Below, piece after piece: positions 10,214 through 21,400 of a DNA stretch of 64,000 nt. The notes beneath the pieces are model-generated. The model worked only from the letters and a program-made list of their open reading frames with translations, did not search any database and was not told the DNA's origin. The DNA comes from Candidatus Sulfomarinibacteraceae bacterium (GTDB lineage: Bacteria; Acidobacteriota; Thermoanaerobaculia; Thermoanaerobaculales; Sulfomarinibacteraceae). The stretch lies in the NCBI GenBank assembly GCA_963769215.1, contig CAVYKX010000017.1, positions 88,855-152,854 of the forward strand, in the 5' to 3' direction. The first letter of the stretch is position 1; each line of letters begins with the position of its first letter. A program made the translations under genes and the position numbers.

Positions 10214-10738
10214 TCATCCGGTATTCGGTTCGCGCAGCCGGCCGAGCCACACATTGAGCGGGTTCCTTCGTGACAAGAACGAAAACATCACCGGTTTTCG
10301 CCGCCCGATCTCGGCAAAGATCTTGTGGATCCGTTTGTTCGAGGGCTGGAGGCGAAGGCCGGCCTCCAGGTTCTCGACGGCGTTTTTCCGGTCATCCCTT
10401 TCGAGAAAGACCAGCGCCAGATTAATGCGGTGTTCCGGTTCCATGAAATTGGCTTTGACCGAGATGTTGCAGTACTTCAGCGCGTCGGCATATTTGTGTC
10501 TGACCATGGCCACGCAGAGTCCATAGTAGGAAAACGCGGCCGCCGCAAAACGCTTGTCCTGAATATCACCATCGGCGGAAAGGGTGGGGAGGCAGTCCTC
10601 GAAGACATCAATCGCCTCGTCGTAGCGCTCGTTGCGGGTCCACGAAACCGCTTCCTGCACCTTTTCCCGCATCCCCCCGAGGGTGGGTTGATCTTCGTTA
10701 CTCACGTCAGGGAGTATAGCCGCGCGAGATCGCTTCAC
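10214..10738 (-). CDS. Small TPR-repeat protein (start uncertain)
   Basis: Helical TPR-like segments: AFSYYGLCVA, HRINLALVFL, AVENLEAGLRLQPSN. Confidence 0.7.
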   Translation of the reverse strand: MKRSRAAILPDVSNEDQPTLGGMREKVQEAVSWTRNERYDEAIDVFEDCLPTLSADGDIQDKRFAAAAFSYYGLCVAMVRHKYADALKYCNISVKANFMEPEHRINLALVFLERDDRKNAVENLEAGLRLQPSNKRIHKIFAEIGRRKPVMFSFLSRRNPLNVWLGRLREPNTG

Positions 10739-10765
10739 AATACTTTAACAGTGATGTACGACACA

Positions 10766-11590
10766 TTATCCCGGCTTTTCGCGCCATCCCTCGCGGTGGT
10801 TTTGCACCACCTCGAGCAGTTCACGATGCACACCCGACGCTCCGCAAACCACGTTCCCGCTGCTGAGGAAATCGCTTCCACCGTCCATGTCGGTGATGAC
10901 GCCGCCGGCCTCTTCTACGAGTAGAGCACCGGCCGCAAGATCCCAGGCCGAGAGTTCGAATTCGAAAAACCCGTCGAAGATCCCGCACGCCGTGTACGCC
11001 AGGTCGAGGGCAGCGGACCCTGGGCGTCGTATGGCCTTGCAGCGCAGGAAGACATCACGAAAGATCGCGAGGTATGCGTCGAGCAGGCGGTGAGCCTTGA
11101 AGGGGAACCCAGTCGCCAGAAGCGTGCCGCCAAGACCGGAGCGTTGGCTGATCGTGCAGGCCTTACCGTTCCAGGTCGCGCCGCGGCCGCGGGCCGCCGC
11201 AAACACGTCGTTCTTGTAGGGGTCGAGAATGACTCCGAACTCGAGCTTCTCATCCACCGCAACGCCAATCGAGACCGCGAACTGGGGCATGCCGTGGATG
11301 AAGTTGGTGGTGCCGTCGAGGGGATCGACGATCCAGGTGGGACCACTGCCCGTGGTGCGCGACCAGCCCGCTTCCTCGGACAGGATGCGGTGATCCGGGA
11401 AACGCTCTTGAATCGCATCGAGAATGGCTCGTTCGGAAGCCAGATCGGCTGCCGAAACGAGGTCGTTGCGAGCCTTTTCGTTGATCTGGCTCGGGTCGAG
11501 GGTTCGCCAGAATTCCATGAGGCGTTCGGCTCCGAGACGGGCGATCGTCTCCACCTCTACGAGAAATGCGTCAGGATCTTGAAATAGCAC
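10766..11590 (-). CDS. suhB: Inositol monophosphatase family protein
   Basis: SEE, WIVDPLDGTTNF, GSAALDL, WDLAAG; GTG 11590 with AAGGAG RBS. Confidence 0.88.
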   Translation of the reverse strand: MLFQDPDAFLVEVETIARLGAERLMEFWRTLDPSQINEKARNDLVSAADLASERAILDAIQERFPDHRILSEEAGWSRTTGSGPTWIVDPLDGTTNFIHGMPQFAVSIGVAVDEKLEFGVILDPYKNDVFAAARGRGATWNGKACTISQRSGLGGTLLATGFPFKAHRLLDAYLAIFRDVFLRCKAIRRPGSAALDLAYTACGIFDGFFEFELSAWDLAAGALLVEEAGGVITDMDGGSDFLSSGNVVCGASGVHRELLEVVQNHREGWREKPG

Positions 11591-11628
11591 GCTTCGCTCC
11601 TTCGTTATCGGGGGTGGATGCAGCATCA

Positions 11629-11880
11629 ATGACCTCCGACCATTCCCTGTTCGATGCGCGATGTGAGCTCATGCTCGACGTCACCTGTAGAACGCTGCAG
11701 GAGGACCCCGAGCTGCGGCTCTGCGAAGGCCTGCGTCTGATCGAAGCGACCCGGAAGGCGGTCTTGAAGCTCGCCCCGGATTCCGTCGCGGTTTTTGAGT
11801 CGGATGTTCTTCCGCGGATGCGGAACATCCTCATGGAACGTTTCGGTTTGTCTGAGCTGCCGCCGGGGCCCGTCAACTGA
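11629..11880 (+). CDS. Small helical hypothetical protein
   Basis: 83 aa ORF ending PRMRNILMERF..., filling the gap between divergent and convergent genes. Confidence 0.6.
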   Translation: MTSDHSLFDARCELMLDVTCRTLQEDPELRLCEGLRLIEATRKAVLKLAPDSVAVFESDVLPRMRNILMERFGLSELPPGPVN

Positions 11881-12328
11881 CGCTGGCGATCTCGGCGTAC
11901 TCCGGCAGCCCGCGGAGAACGTCCGGAGGCAGATTCGCCTCGAGTTCAACCCTGACCTCGTCTTCGTCGAGGAGTTCGACGCCCGGGAGAGAAGCAGACA
12001 CCCGAGCACCGATGCCGGGGCGCACCCCGGCGAGGTCGAGCGTCACTCTTTGGGAGTTCTTCTCCAGGCCATCGCTGCCAAAGACCTGCACCAGGACCGT
12101 GAGGTTATCCACAGCGTCGCCACCCTTATTCGTTACCTGAAGATCGACCAACAGAGCCGGTTCTCCATTTGCATCGTAAAGGGTCTTGGCGGCAACCGGG
12201 ATGATCTCGTGGTTGTAACGAATGCGTTCAATCTGCTGCTCGGGCGTCTCTTTTTCACCGCAGCCCGGAAGCAGAGTGATCGCAACCAGAATGAGGATCG
12301 AAACGAGCATCGTGTTTTTTCGAATCAT
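11873..12328 (-). CDS. Hypothetical lipoprotein
   Basis: Signal peptide with lipobox LLPGC; GAGGAG RBS. Confidence 0.75.
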   Translation of the reverse strand: MIRKNTMLVSILILVAITLLPGCGEKETPEQQIERIRYNHEIIPVAAKTLYDANGEPALLVDLQVTNKGGDAVDNLTVLVQVFGSDGLEKNSQRVTLDLAGVRPGIGARVSASLPGVELLDEDEVRVELEANLPPDVLRGLPEYAEIASVS

Positions 12329-12351
12329 CGTTGACTCCTCGGACGAAGTCT

Positions 12352-12461
12352 ACCACCCAACCCCGAATCCAACGTTACACGTTTGCACGTTTGAATGTTG
12401 CACGTTCCATCCCACAATCATCCAATACCAGCGTATCAACGTTCGAACGTCTCTAACGTTC
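12352..12461. repeat. AACGTT-type 7-8-mer arrays with G-rich anchors on the minus strand
   Basis: aacgttac acgtttgc acgtttga atgttgc acgttcc atcccac; then aacgttcg aacgtctct aacgttc. Confidence 0.7.
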
Positions 12462-13112
12462 TGACGGGCAGAAGAGGTCGAGCACCTTGCGGACATAGTC
12501 CCTGGTTTCCTTGTACGGCGGGATGCCCCCGTGCCGTTCGACGGTTGTAGCTCCTGAGTTGTAAGCGGCAAGGGCGAGCGACAGCGAGTCGAACCGGTCG
12601 AGCATGGCGCGAAGGTGTTGGGTCCCGCCGCGGAGGTTTTCAGAGGGGTTGAAGACGTCGACAACATCCTGGTCGGCAGCGGCGGCCGGCATCAACTGCA
12701 TCAGCCCGGACGCACCAACCCGAGACACAGCCTGCGGATCGAATGCCGATTCGGTCCGAACGACTGCCGCGACCAGCCAGGGATGAAGGTCCGCTGTGCG
12801 AGCGGCTGTTGTGATTGATGAACCAAAGGGCAAGTCGGGAGGCAACGGGTCCTCGGTCCACGAAGACGGACAATCGCGCTCATCCAATCCATCGGCGGTG
12901 GTCGAATCCTCGACCTCGTCGGCGATCACCCGGTCGATGCGTATCGCCGGCACCCGCAGCGTTCCGCCACCCCTGAGGTCCAGAACGATCTCCTCTCCGT
13001 CAAGGTGCGCGTCAGCGACCTTGAGGACGCGGCCGTCGACAAAAACAGCGAGCTTGGCGCTGGCGATACTCGGAGCGAGAACGGTGAGCATCGCGATAAC
13101 AGCGATGATCAC
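12453..13112 (-). CDS. Secreted lytic transglycosylase (SLT domain)
   Basis: Signal peptide; VRTESAF, GASGLMQLMP, ALAAYNSG, PPYKETRDYV. Confidence 0.9.
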   Translation of the reverse strand: MIIAVIAMLTVLAPSIASAKLAVFVDGRVLKVADAHLDGEEIVLDLRGGGTLRVPAIRIDRVIADEVEDSTTADGLDERDCPSSWTEDPLPPDLPFGSSITTAARTADLHPWLVAAVVRTESAFDPQAVSRVGASGLMQLMPAAAADQDVVDVFNPSENLRGGTQHLRAMLDRFDSLSLALAAYNSGATTVERHGGIPPYKETRDYVRKVLDLFCPSER

Positions 13113-13115
13113 GCT

Positions 13116-13231
<116 letters not shown>

Positions 13232-13236
13232 GCGCG

Positions 13237-14130
13237 CTACGCGCGCGGGTGTTTCTCGTCATACAGCCGCCGCAGGCGCTCGCGAGCGACGTGGGTATAG
13301 ATTTCGGTGGTGGTGAGAGAACTGTGGCCGAGCATCATCTGTACCGCCCGCAGATCGGCGCCGTTTTCCACCAGGTGAGTCGCGAACGAATGGCGGATGA
13401 CGTGGGGGCTGATGTTTGATCGGATCTCCGCCTTGACAGCGTGTTTTCGAAGGATTTTCCAGAAGCCCTGGCGGGTCAGCGGGCCGCCGCGATGGTTGAG
13501 AAAGATCTCGGAGACATGTTTGCGGTTGAGCTCCGGTCGTGCTTGCTGCAGATAGGCATCAATCCATTCAATTGCGCTCTCCCCGAGCGGTACCAGGCGT
13601 TCCTTGCGGCCCTTGCCGATGACGCGTACGAACCCCGGGTCGAGGCGCACTCTGTCCAGGGTGAGCCCAACGAGTTCGGAGACCCGCAGGCCGGTGGCGT
13701 AAAGGGTTTCGATCATCGCGCGGTCGCGAAGGCCGAGGGTGGTATTGATGTCTGGAGCCCCGAGGAGGGACTCGATCTCTTCGCCGGTGAGGACGTGCGG
13801 CACAGTCTGCCAGAGACTCGGTGAGCGCAGATTTTCTGTTGGATCCACTACCAGAGCGCCCGAGCGCACAAGGAACCGGTAGAAGCCCTTCAACGCTGAC
13901 AGCGCTCGAGCCGAAGACCGGGCGGACAGGCCGAGGTCCCGGCGGGCGCCGAGGTAGTTTCTGAGGGTGGCGCGCTCGACGTTGGAAAGATCCAGTTTCC
14001 GGTCCGCGAGCCACGAACTGAACTGTCGCAGATCCCTCCGATAGGAATCGAGCGTGCGTGGACTCAGATTGCGTTCCACAGCAAGGTGGGCGAGGTATTC
14101 CTCGAGATGGTGCTCGACGGAGAACTCCAT
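13237..14130 (-). CDS. xerD: Tyrosine recombinase XerD
   Basis: RDRAMIETLYATGLRVSEL, GKGRKERLVP, HVIRHSFATHL, LGHSSLTTTEIYTHV, ends HPRA. Confidence 0.9.
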   Translation of the reverse strand: MEFSVEHHLEEYLAHLAVERNLSPRTLDSYRRDLRQFSSWLADRKLDLSNVERATLRNYLGARRDLGLSARSSARALSALKGFYRFLVRSGALVVDPTENLRSPSLWQTVPHVLTGEEIESLLGAPDINTTLGLRDRAMIETLYATGLRVSELVGLTLDRVRLDPGFVRVIGKGRKERLVPLGESAIEWIDAYLQQARPELNRKHVSEIFLNHRGGPLTRQGFWKILRKHAVKAEIRSNISPHVIRHSFATHLVENGADLRAVQMMLGHSSLTTTEIYTHVARERLRRLYDEKHPRA

Positions 14131-14370
14131 GGGGTTATCGTACCCCGGCACGTGCCCGAATCTCAGCGCCTGCGGCAGCGATCGCATTCAGCGGCAGGTA
14201 CAGCAGACGGGAACGGCGGCTGCTCAATCCGAAAAACTGAGCGCGAGCATACAACCAAAGGCCCCGAGACGGCATCTCAAGGGTCAGAATGTCGATTTTT
14301 CGCGGTCCTTCACCTCGATTTTGCGATCTCTTCGCGAACAAGATGCGTCGCAGACGCGTATGATGTGTTG

Positions 14371-16920
14371 ATGCAACGGTCGCAGCGGCGTCTGACGGTG
14401 ACGTTGGCGCCCGGGATCCTGGCATTCCTGATAGCCGCCCTTTCGGTTGCGGATATGTTCCTGCCGCACCCCTACGACGGCGTGATTCTGGAGGCCGATG
14501 TCCCGGGTGCGCGGGTCGTGCGCGCTGTGGTGCCGGGTTCTGGTGCCGATCGCGCGGGAATCCGGCCCGCGGATGTGATCGTCGGTATCGACCGGACCTT
14601 CCTCCTCGATTCTCAAACCCACGCCCAGGAACTCCTGAACCGGCACAACATCGGCGATTCGGTGTCGTATCTGGTTCGCTCGGGCGGGAGGATCTTCGAG
14701 GTGGAGGTCGAGCTCGGCCGGCGTCGGATTGGTGACACGACCTATCTTTACGCCGCGCTGCTCGGTTTTCTTTTCTTCGGGGTCGGCGCCTTCGTTGTTT
14801 TGCGGCAGCCGCGATTGCCGGCCGCGCGGGTTTTCTTCACGATGTGCAGCCTTTTCATGCTCTTCCTCGTGTGCAGGCTGCGTCCGGCTTCGTACTCCTG
14901 GGTCGACACCTTCGTGCTCACGACCGGCACCATGGCATTGCTTTTTCTGCCGGCGGCTTTTCTCCATTTCTTCTTGATTTATCCCCGACCCATCTGGGAA
15001 TGGAGGCGCGACCCGATTGCCGATACCCTCGGGTGGATCTCTCGCATCAGCGCCAAAATGCTGCCCATTTATCTGCTGCCGCCGATCGTTTACCTCGGCA
15101 CCGTCTTGTGGGCCCGGCGAACGGGAGAGTCTCTGGCCCTGATCAGCGGCGCACCAATGACCAACTGGTGGGTCATGGTGGGCTACATGTTGCTGGGCCT
15201 CGGAGCCCTGGGACTGAGCGCTCGCCATCTGCCGGACAAGAGCCAACGACGGGGCGCCGGTCTGGTCTTCCTCGGCACCCTGTTCGGGGTCGTACCATTC
15301 ATCGTTCTCGTCGGTAGGTTTCCCGTCCTTCCTCAACACCGAGCGGTTCCTGTTCTACGGGGTCGTGCCGCTTATTCTGGTGCCGATCACCTTTGCATAC
15401 GCCATCATCCGTTTCGGCCTGTTGGATATTCGGGTCATCCTGCGCAAGAGCCTTCTCTACACCGTCACGACCGCAATGGTAACGGCCGTCTACGCTCTCG
15501 GGATCGCATCGTTCAACCTTCTGTTCCGCGGCACGCAAATTGCCGCCTCACCCTATTTCCCGGTGATATTCGCGCTGGCGATCGTGCTGCTTTTCGAACC
15601 GTTGCGGCAGCGCTTACAGGGGCCGGTGGACCGGTTCTTCTTTGCCGAGCGGTTGCGTCTGCAGCGTGCGATGGTCGAGATGGGCGAGGCGTTCACTCGG
15701 GAGGTGGAGATCGGGCCGGTGGTGGCCCAGCTGGTCGAGCGCCTCCCCGAGCTGCTCGGCCTGCGGTTTTCGGCGTTGTACCTTGTTTCGGGTCGTTCCC
15801 TGATCCGCCAGGCGGGACCCGAGAACCTCCCCGAGGAGTTGTCGATCATCGGGATTCTCCACGATCAGCTGAAACGGCAGGGATCGTTGGTGCGGCTCGA
15901 CGAGCTGGCGCCGTTGCGGCTGCTTTCGCCGGAAGTCGACCAGCTGAGTGGTGAACTTGCCGCGGAAGGCGTCGAATTGGCCGGCCTGCTGGCGACGACG
16001 CGCCGCTCGGTCGGGGTGATCCTGCTTTCCGGAAAAGCCGGCCAGACCGCCTTCGAGAAGGAGGAGCTGCAGCTTCTCAGAGGGCTGTTGAATCAGGCGT
16101 CGATCGCGCTCGAGACCAGCATCCTCCTCGATGAACGCGCACGGCAGGCCGAACTCGAACGGGAGCTCAAGATCGCTGCGTCGATTCAGTCGTCGCTGCT
16201 GCCTGAAAAGTTGGCTGCAGCCGATGGTTGGAGCCTGGCGGCGGTCTGCCGACCGGCAGAGGAAGTCGGCGGAGATTTCTACGCCGAGCTGCCGGGCCAG
16301 ATCGATGGAGAACACGTGGTCGTCTACGGCGATGTGTCCGGAAAGTCCATTTCCGGTGCGCTCATGATGATGGCCGCGCACGAAGTACTGAAATCGGTGG
16401 CTCTTGCACATCCCGAACCGGAGAAGCTCCTCGAGCTCGCCAACGAGAGGCTCTACGCCTTGCGGAGTGGGCGTCATCGAAGAAACCAGCAGGGGGGAGC
16501 TTTGTTGCCCTCGGTTATCTGGGTTTTCGTCCCGGCGAGGGACTGCTGTCCTACACCCTTGCAGGCCAGCCGCCGCCGATGGTGCGGCGAAATTCAGGAA
16601 CTGTGAGTTGTCTCGAGATGCCGGAACACCGTCTGCCGTTGGGTGCCATGAGGGTCGGCGGTCACCGGATGCTCGAGGCCAGCCTTGAGGAGGGTGATCT
16701 TGTGGTCGCGTACTCCGACGGCGTCGTGGAAGCACAGTCGCCCGAGGGCGACTTCTTTGGCGAGGATCGACTCGCCCAGATCATCGCGGAAGCTCCGGCA
16801 GAACCACAGGCAGCGGTCAACTTCCTCCTCGAAGAGATCGAGGCCTTCACGGGCGGTCACACCCCGTACGACGACGTCACACTCCTCGTCGCTTCATGGT
16901 CTTCCGGGGTCGAAAACTGA
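14371..16920 (+). CDS. PDZ, multi-TM, GAF, PP2C/SpoIIE phosphatase (frameshifts near 15315 and 16480)
   Basis: PDZ (VVPGSGADRAGIRPADVI), many TM helices, GGDFY, GDVSGK, YSDGVVEA and DDVTLL across three consecutive ORFs. Confidence 0.85.
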
Positions 16921-16944
16921 TCGCCTGAACGATACGGCGCCAGG

Positions 16945-17682
16945 CTATTTCTGCATCGTCTCCATGAAATTGAATTCTTTTTCGGTGTAGTCGGCGGGTG
17001 GGTCGTAGATTCCCGCCGGTGGGTCGAGGTCCTCGACTGCGGTGGTTCTTTCACTTGTTTTGAACGAATTGTCACCCATCATGGTCATCGTGATCGTCGT
17101 GTCCTGCTCGATCACAAGCCCTTTGATCTTCTTCATCTCGTCGGTCACGTCGGCCATTCCCGGCTGCATGCTGACAACCTGTTCATACATACGGCCGAAT
17201 GCTTCCTGATCGAGATTGATGTCGGTGGTAGCCCACCATGTCGCCGTCATGGTCATCATCTGGGATTTCATCTCGATATCGTAGCGGCGCGCTTTCCATT
17301 CGCCGATGGTCTTGTACTCATCGGTGGGAGTCACCGTCGCTTCGAAGGTCATCATGGCCTTCATCTGTTCGGCCATGCCGGGCGGCATGAATTTCTCGAG
17401 ATCGATCGGCAGATCGATGACGCTGTATGTTTTTTTGGGGTGGTTGATGACCGTCATCGTGTTGGTATCGAGCCGGACAATGTTCGACGAGTCGCCCTGC
17501 ATCATGCGCATGCGATCTTTGCCGATCCAGGTGGTCTGCTCCTCGTCGGCTGCAGGCTGGGTCTGTCCCATCATGGTAAAGGCGTCGCGATGACTGATTT
17601 TCGTCACTTTGAGGTCAGCGGCAGCAACTCCTGCGAAAATGACTACCAGAAAGACCGCAATCAGGATCCTACAACTCTGCAT
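16945..17682 (-). CDS. Secreted DUF4412-like protein
   Basis: Signal peptide; Met-rich; TDEYKTIGEWKARRY and YDPPADY motifs; GGAGG RBS. Confidence 0.7.
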   Translation of the reverse strand: MQSCRILIAVFLVVIFAGVAAADLKVTKISHRDAFTMMGQTQPAADEEQTTWIGKDRMRMMQGDSSNIVRLDTNTMTVINHPKKTYSVIDLPIDLEKFMPPGMAEQMKAMMTFEATVTPTDEYKTIGEWKARRYDIEMKSQMMTMTATWWATTDINLDQEAFGRMYEQVVSMQPGMADVTDEMKKIKGLVIEQDTTITMTMMGDNSFKTSERTTAVEDLDPPAGIYDPPADYTEKEFNFMETMQK

Positions 17683-17794
17683 ATCGACCTCCGTTGTCGA
17701 GAATTCTTCGGCTCGAGACGCAAGGCATCGTATCCCGGAATCTCGAACGCGTCCACGAGATTGGATTGAACTGAATGACTCCGAGGCCCGGGGG

Positions 17795-18340
17795 TCAGAT
17801 GGCGGCGCCGAGCCTGCGGCAAAAGACTGCAAATGCAAGGACCGTTTTCTCGAGGCGTTCGGCAAGCCCCTGTTCTTTGATCTGACCCGCATCATCCAAG
17901 ACCGTTGCAACGCCCGGAATAAAGCACCGTCGCCCGAAGAGGTGGGCGTGGCGATATTGGAAGATCATCTCGAGGTGTTCCACGGCCCGGACCGCACCCC
18001 ATTGGCCGGCGGAGATGCCGATGAACGCTGCAGGTTTTTCGTACAGGCTGTCCGGGAACCGAAGCATGTCGATGAAGTACTTGAGGACGCCGGGAAACGA
18101 CCCGTTGTACTCCGGAACGATCGTCAAAATGCCGTCGGTCTCCAAGACTGCATCCTGAAAGGGTGCAAATGCCGCCGGTTTGTCTCCGTAGCTCGAGGAG
18201 GAGAAGATTTCCGCGGGCAGCTCGGCGAGGTCGACGAATGACACCTCCTCGCCGTGACCGTGGAGGAGGTCGTGGACGACCCGCGAGATTTTGAGGGTGT
18301 TTGATCCGGGGCGGTTCGTGCCGGAGATGAGCGTGATCAT
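17795..18340 (-). CDS. NADPH-dependent FMN reductase
   Basis: ISGTNRPGSNT, PEYNGSFPGVLKYFID. Confidence 0.9.
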   Translation of the reverse strand: MITLISGTNRPGSNTLKISRVVHDLLHGHGEEVSFVDLAELPAEIFSSSSYGDKPAAFAPFQDAVLETDGILTIVPEYNGSFPGVLKYFIDMLRFPDSLYEKPAAFIGISAGQWGAVRAVEHLEMIFQYRHAHLFGRRCFIPGVATVLDDAGQIKEQGLAERLEKTVLAFAVFCRRLGAAI

Positions 18341-18455
18341 GGGTCCACCTTTTTCGAAGCGGATTGCGCTGAACACTCCGCTCTTCACAATGGGTCAACG
18401 GTAGCACCGGAGGGAGCATTCCGCTCGAAAATGTAGAATGTCCGGCGGAGGAATC

Positions 18456-21400
18456 ATGATGATCCGACAAGCCGGTCTGATGAGTCTGACTGTGGCGCTG
18501 TGGGCTGGCGTGCCGTGTGCCGCCGCCGGTCCCGTACACCATCAACTGCAGGTTCAGATCCAGCCCGATGCACACACTCTGCAGGTGATGGATCGAGTGA
18601 GTTTTAGGGAGGCAGTTTCTGCCGACGAGAACGGCGCCTATCGCGTGCTTCTTCACGCCGGGCTTTCGCCGCGGGTGGTGACACCGGGCTGGCGGCTCGA
18701 AAGGCTGGAAGGACCGGTCGAGGCGGGGTTTTTCGGTATCAACGCAACCACCGAAACAGTTTCGAAGAACGTGCCGCTCGAGGCCTATATGTTGACCGCA
18801 GGGGAAGGCGCGGCAGAACCCGTTGAGTTTGTCTACGGCGGTGAGATCCATCACCCGCTCGCCACGCAGGGCGAGGAATATCAGAGGAGCTTCTCCGAAA
18901 CTCCCGGGATCATCGATCCGCAAGGGGTGTTTCTGGCCGGCACCAGCTTTTGGGTGCCGACATTCGGGGATGGGTTGCTGACGTTTGATCTCGAGGTCGG
19001 TTCGATGCACCCTCCGTGGGACGCCGTTTCGCAGGGGCAGCGCACCCGGCACGAAATCCTCGAGGATGGATCGCGATTGACGAGTTGGAAGCTTGTGCAT
19101 CCAACTGAGGAAATCTATCTGGTGGCGGGTCCGTGGCACGAATACACGCGGCGGGCCGGTGAAGTAGAGGTTTTCGTCTTTCTCCATGACGACGATCCGT
19201 CCCTCGCGCAACGCTACCTCGATGCCACCGCCCGCTACCTCGTGCTCTACGAGGGTATGTTGCCGCCGTACCCTTACGCTTCGTTTGCCCTGGTCGAAAA
19301 CTTCTGGGAAACCGGGTACGGGATGCCGGGGTTTACCCTGCTCGGGCCCAGAGTGATTCGATTCCCCTGGATTCTCACCTCTTCCTATCCACATGAGCTG
19401 CTCCACAACTGGTGGGGGAATTCGGTTTACGTGGACTTCGAGACCGGTAACTGGTGCGAGGGTTTGACCGCATATCTGGCCGATCATCTTTTTGCCGAAC
19501 AACGTGGTGAAGGTTCGACCTATCGTCGCGCGACGCTCAAAAAGTACACGGATATGGTTTCGTCGGGCGAGGACTTTCCTTTGTCAAAATTCGGCTCAAG
19601 AAATTCGGCCGCCACGGAGGCTGTCGGCTACGGAAAGAGCCTGATGCTTTTTCACATGGCGCGGCGCGCTGTCGGGGACGACGATTTCCTCGCGGCGCTG
19701 TCGCTCTTCGATCGAGAACACCGTTTTACACGAGCTAGGTTTTCGGATATCGCCGAGGCCTTTACCGATGAAACCGGTGGCGACTGGGTGCCGTTCATCG
19801 AGGAATGGGTGGAGCGGAAAGGAGCGCCACGACTGGAAATTCGGGAAGCTCGGGTAGAGGAAGGTCTGCCCGGGGAGGCGCCGTGGCGAGTTGCGGTGCA
19901 CCTCCGGCAAATTCAAGGTGAGGATCCGTTCCCGATCACGGTCCCGGTGGCTGTGACCGTCGAGGGCCGAGAAGAGGCCGTGTGGGCTGAGGCGGGCTCG
20001 TGCGGGCGCGACTGCATCATCGAAGTTCCCTGTCCGGCACGACCTCTCAGGGTGGATGTTGATCCGGCCTTCGATGTGATGCGCCGACTCGACCCGCTCG
20101 AGGTGCCGCCGGCCCTGTCGACCGTGTTTGGCGGAGAGAATCCCCTGTTTGTCCTGCCATCTGAAGCTTCTGAAGACGAGACCACTGCCTGGCGAAAACT
20201 GGCAGAGGACTGGGCGCGGCCGGAAGAACCCAAAGTCGTTCTCGATTCGGAGCTCGAGGTTCTGCCCGACACCGCGACGTGGGTGTTGGGCTGGAACAAT
20301 CGATTCGGTGAAGAGGTCGCCCGGCGTGTGGTTGATCAGGGGGTTCAGGTCAGCGCTGATTCAGTCACTCTTGCACGAGATTCTCTTTCTCGAATGGATC
20401 ACTCTGTGGCGCTGGTAGCGCGCGCCGAGGGGAATCCCAGCAATGCCGTGGGTTGGGTTGCGGCTGCGCCGATCACGGCCATCCCGGGACTCGGGAGAAA
20501 ACTGCCCCACTACACGCGGTACTCGTACCTGGGGTTCCGCGGTCCCGAGCCGGAAAACGTCGCCAAAGGGATGTGGCAACCTTTGTCCTCGCCGATGGTT
20601 CGCAATCTGACTGGCGGAGCCATGCCTGAGCTCGAACTCCCGGTGCGAGCGCCGCTGGCCGAATTGCCACCGCCGTATGACGCCGAGGTTCTGCGCAAGA
20701 CGGTGGCCGAACTTGCCGATCCGGAGCTCGAGGGAAGGGGTCTCGGGACCGACGGCCTTGATCGTGCGACTGATCTGGTCGAAGCGCGGCTCGAAGCGAT
20801 TGGTGTGGAAGCGGCGGGCGACGAGGGATTCCGTCAAAGCTGGTCGTGGACCGGTGGCGAACCTGCTCGTGAAATGGTGCTGGTCAATCTCGTAGCGAGG
20901 GTTGCCGGAAGCGACGAATCTCTGTCCGATTCGCCGGTCGTCGTTCTCGCCCACCTCGATCACCTCGGCCGTGGATGGCCGGATGCGCGGGGCGAAAATA
21001 AGGGTCAGGTCCACCCGGGGGCGGACGACAATGCGTCGGGGGTTGCGGTCCTGCTCGAACTGGCCAAGACCATGGCGGCCGAACCGCCTCGCCCGCGTCC
21101 GGTCGTCTTTGCGGTCGTCACCGGTGAGGAGGCCGGGTTGGTTGGATCGCGCCATCTCCTCTCCTCCCTGAGCGAAAAATCGCAGCCATTTGCCTGTATC
21201 AACCTCGATACGGTCGGCAGACTCTCGGATGGCAAGCTTTTCGTCCTCAATGCCGACACGGCTCGCGAGTGGCGGTTCATATTCATGGGTGTCGGGTACA
21301 CGACCGGAGCGCCGGTTTCGGTGGTTTCGGAGCCCCTCGACGCCTCCGATCAGGTCGCGTGCATCGAGAATGGAATTCCTGCGATCCAGCTTTTCACGGG

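Noticed and set aside
13237-14130. Tyrosine recombinase as a prophage or island integrase
   Set aside because: Sequence features fit housekeeping XerD, and there are no phage genes, att sites or adjacent tRNA.
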